From: an uncultured delta proteobacterium
GTDB taxonomy: Bacteria > Myxococcota > Myxococcia > Myxococcales > Myxococcaceae
Assembly: GCA_963771175.1 (NCBI GenBank)
Contig: CAVYSY010000021.1
Location: forward strand, 32,001-96,000
Reading direction: 5' to 3'
Length of the DNA: 64,000 bases
The position numbers and the translations under genes were made by a program. Positions 63,458 through 64,000 of this stretch are shown piece after piece (positions within the stretch are counted from its first letter, which is position 1; each line of letters begins with the position of its first letter). The notes under the pieces were generated by a model, which searched no databases, was not told where the DNA came from, and saw nothing but the letters and a program-made list of their open reading frames with translations.

Positions 63458-64000
63458 ATGGCGACGACGATTCTGGTGACGGGTGCCACGGGCACCATTG
63501 GCTCGCAGCTCGTGTCCGCGCTGAAGGGCAAGACGGACGTGACGGTGCGCGCGGCCGTTCGCAGCGCGGCCAAGGCCGAGTCCCTCAAGGGCGGCAACGT
63601 GACGCCCGTGGACTTCGAGTACACGAATCCGGCGCAGATGCAGAAGGCCGTCGAGGGCGTGGAGAAGCTCTTCCTCGTCACGCCCTTCACCCCGGACCAG
63701 GTGGACCTGGGCGCCCGGCTCATCGACATCGCCAAGGCCGCGGGCGTGAAGCACATCGTGAAGCTGTCGGCCATGGGCGCGGACTTCGAGCCCGGCATCC
63801 AGCTCGGGCGGTGGCACCGCACCCTCGAGCGCTACATCTCCGGGTCGGGTCTGACGTACACCTTCCTGCGGCCCAACAACTTCATGGAGAACTTCGTCAA
63901 CTTCTACGGGCCGGCCAAGGACGGGAACATCTACCTGCCCTGGGGCCAGGGCGCGTGCAGCTTCATCGCGGGCGCGGACATCGCCGAGGTGGCCGCCGCC
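63458..64000 (+). CDS. NmrA-like atypical SDR oxidoreductase (runs off window end)
   Basis: MATTILVTGATGTIG, AAGVKHIVKLS, YTFLRPNNFMEN. Confidence 0.9.
   Translation, partial: MATTILVTGATGTIGSQLVSALKGKTDVTVRAAVRSAAKAESLKGGNVTPVDFEYTNPAQMQKAVEGVEKLFLVTPFTPDQVDLGARLIDIAKAAGVKHIVKLSAMGADFEPGIQLGRWHRTLERYISGSGLTYTFLRPNNFMENFVNFYGPAKDGNIYLPWGQGACSFIAGADIAEVAAA

Overview
High-GC myxobacterial chromosomal DNA, most likely Cystobacterineae/Archangiaceae. The evidence is a pomY-pomZ-pomX division-positioning locus, a Pkn1-like kinase, and an AgmC-like MYXO-CTERM protein next to a TraB-like OmpA protein. About 50 genes are present. Many are broken by single-base indels, densest at about 40.9-46.6 kb, which look like long-read assembly errors rather than real pseudogenes. 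No rRNA, tRNA, CRISPR array, transposase or integrase was recognised. The best candidate for an undescribed system is at 13.29-16.6 kb. A near-consensus sigma54 promoter with phased upstream repeats reads into an approximately 160-nt region with no credible ORF. That region folds into three stem-loops with 8 G.U pairs valid only on the + strand and two C-rich loops (Pxr-like). It faces an atypical sigma54 activator that has an N-terminal XRE HTH and no C-terminal Fis HTH. Other highlights: an orphan two-core microviridin-type precursor peptide, two degenerate histidine kinases, an HDAC with a GNAT-like tail, a methyltransferase with tandem Nudix-like domains, a sulfatase insertion bounded by gene remnants and REP-like repeats, and a lipoprotein/immunity-like gene pair. 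All calls come from reading the sequence and translations. No database searches were run.
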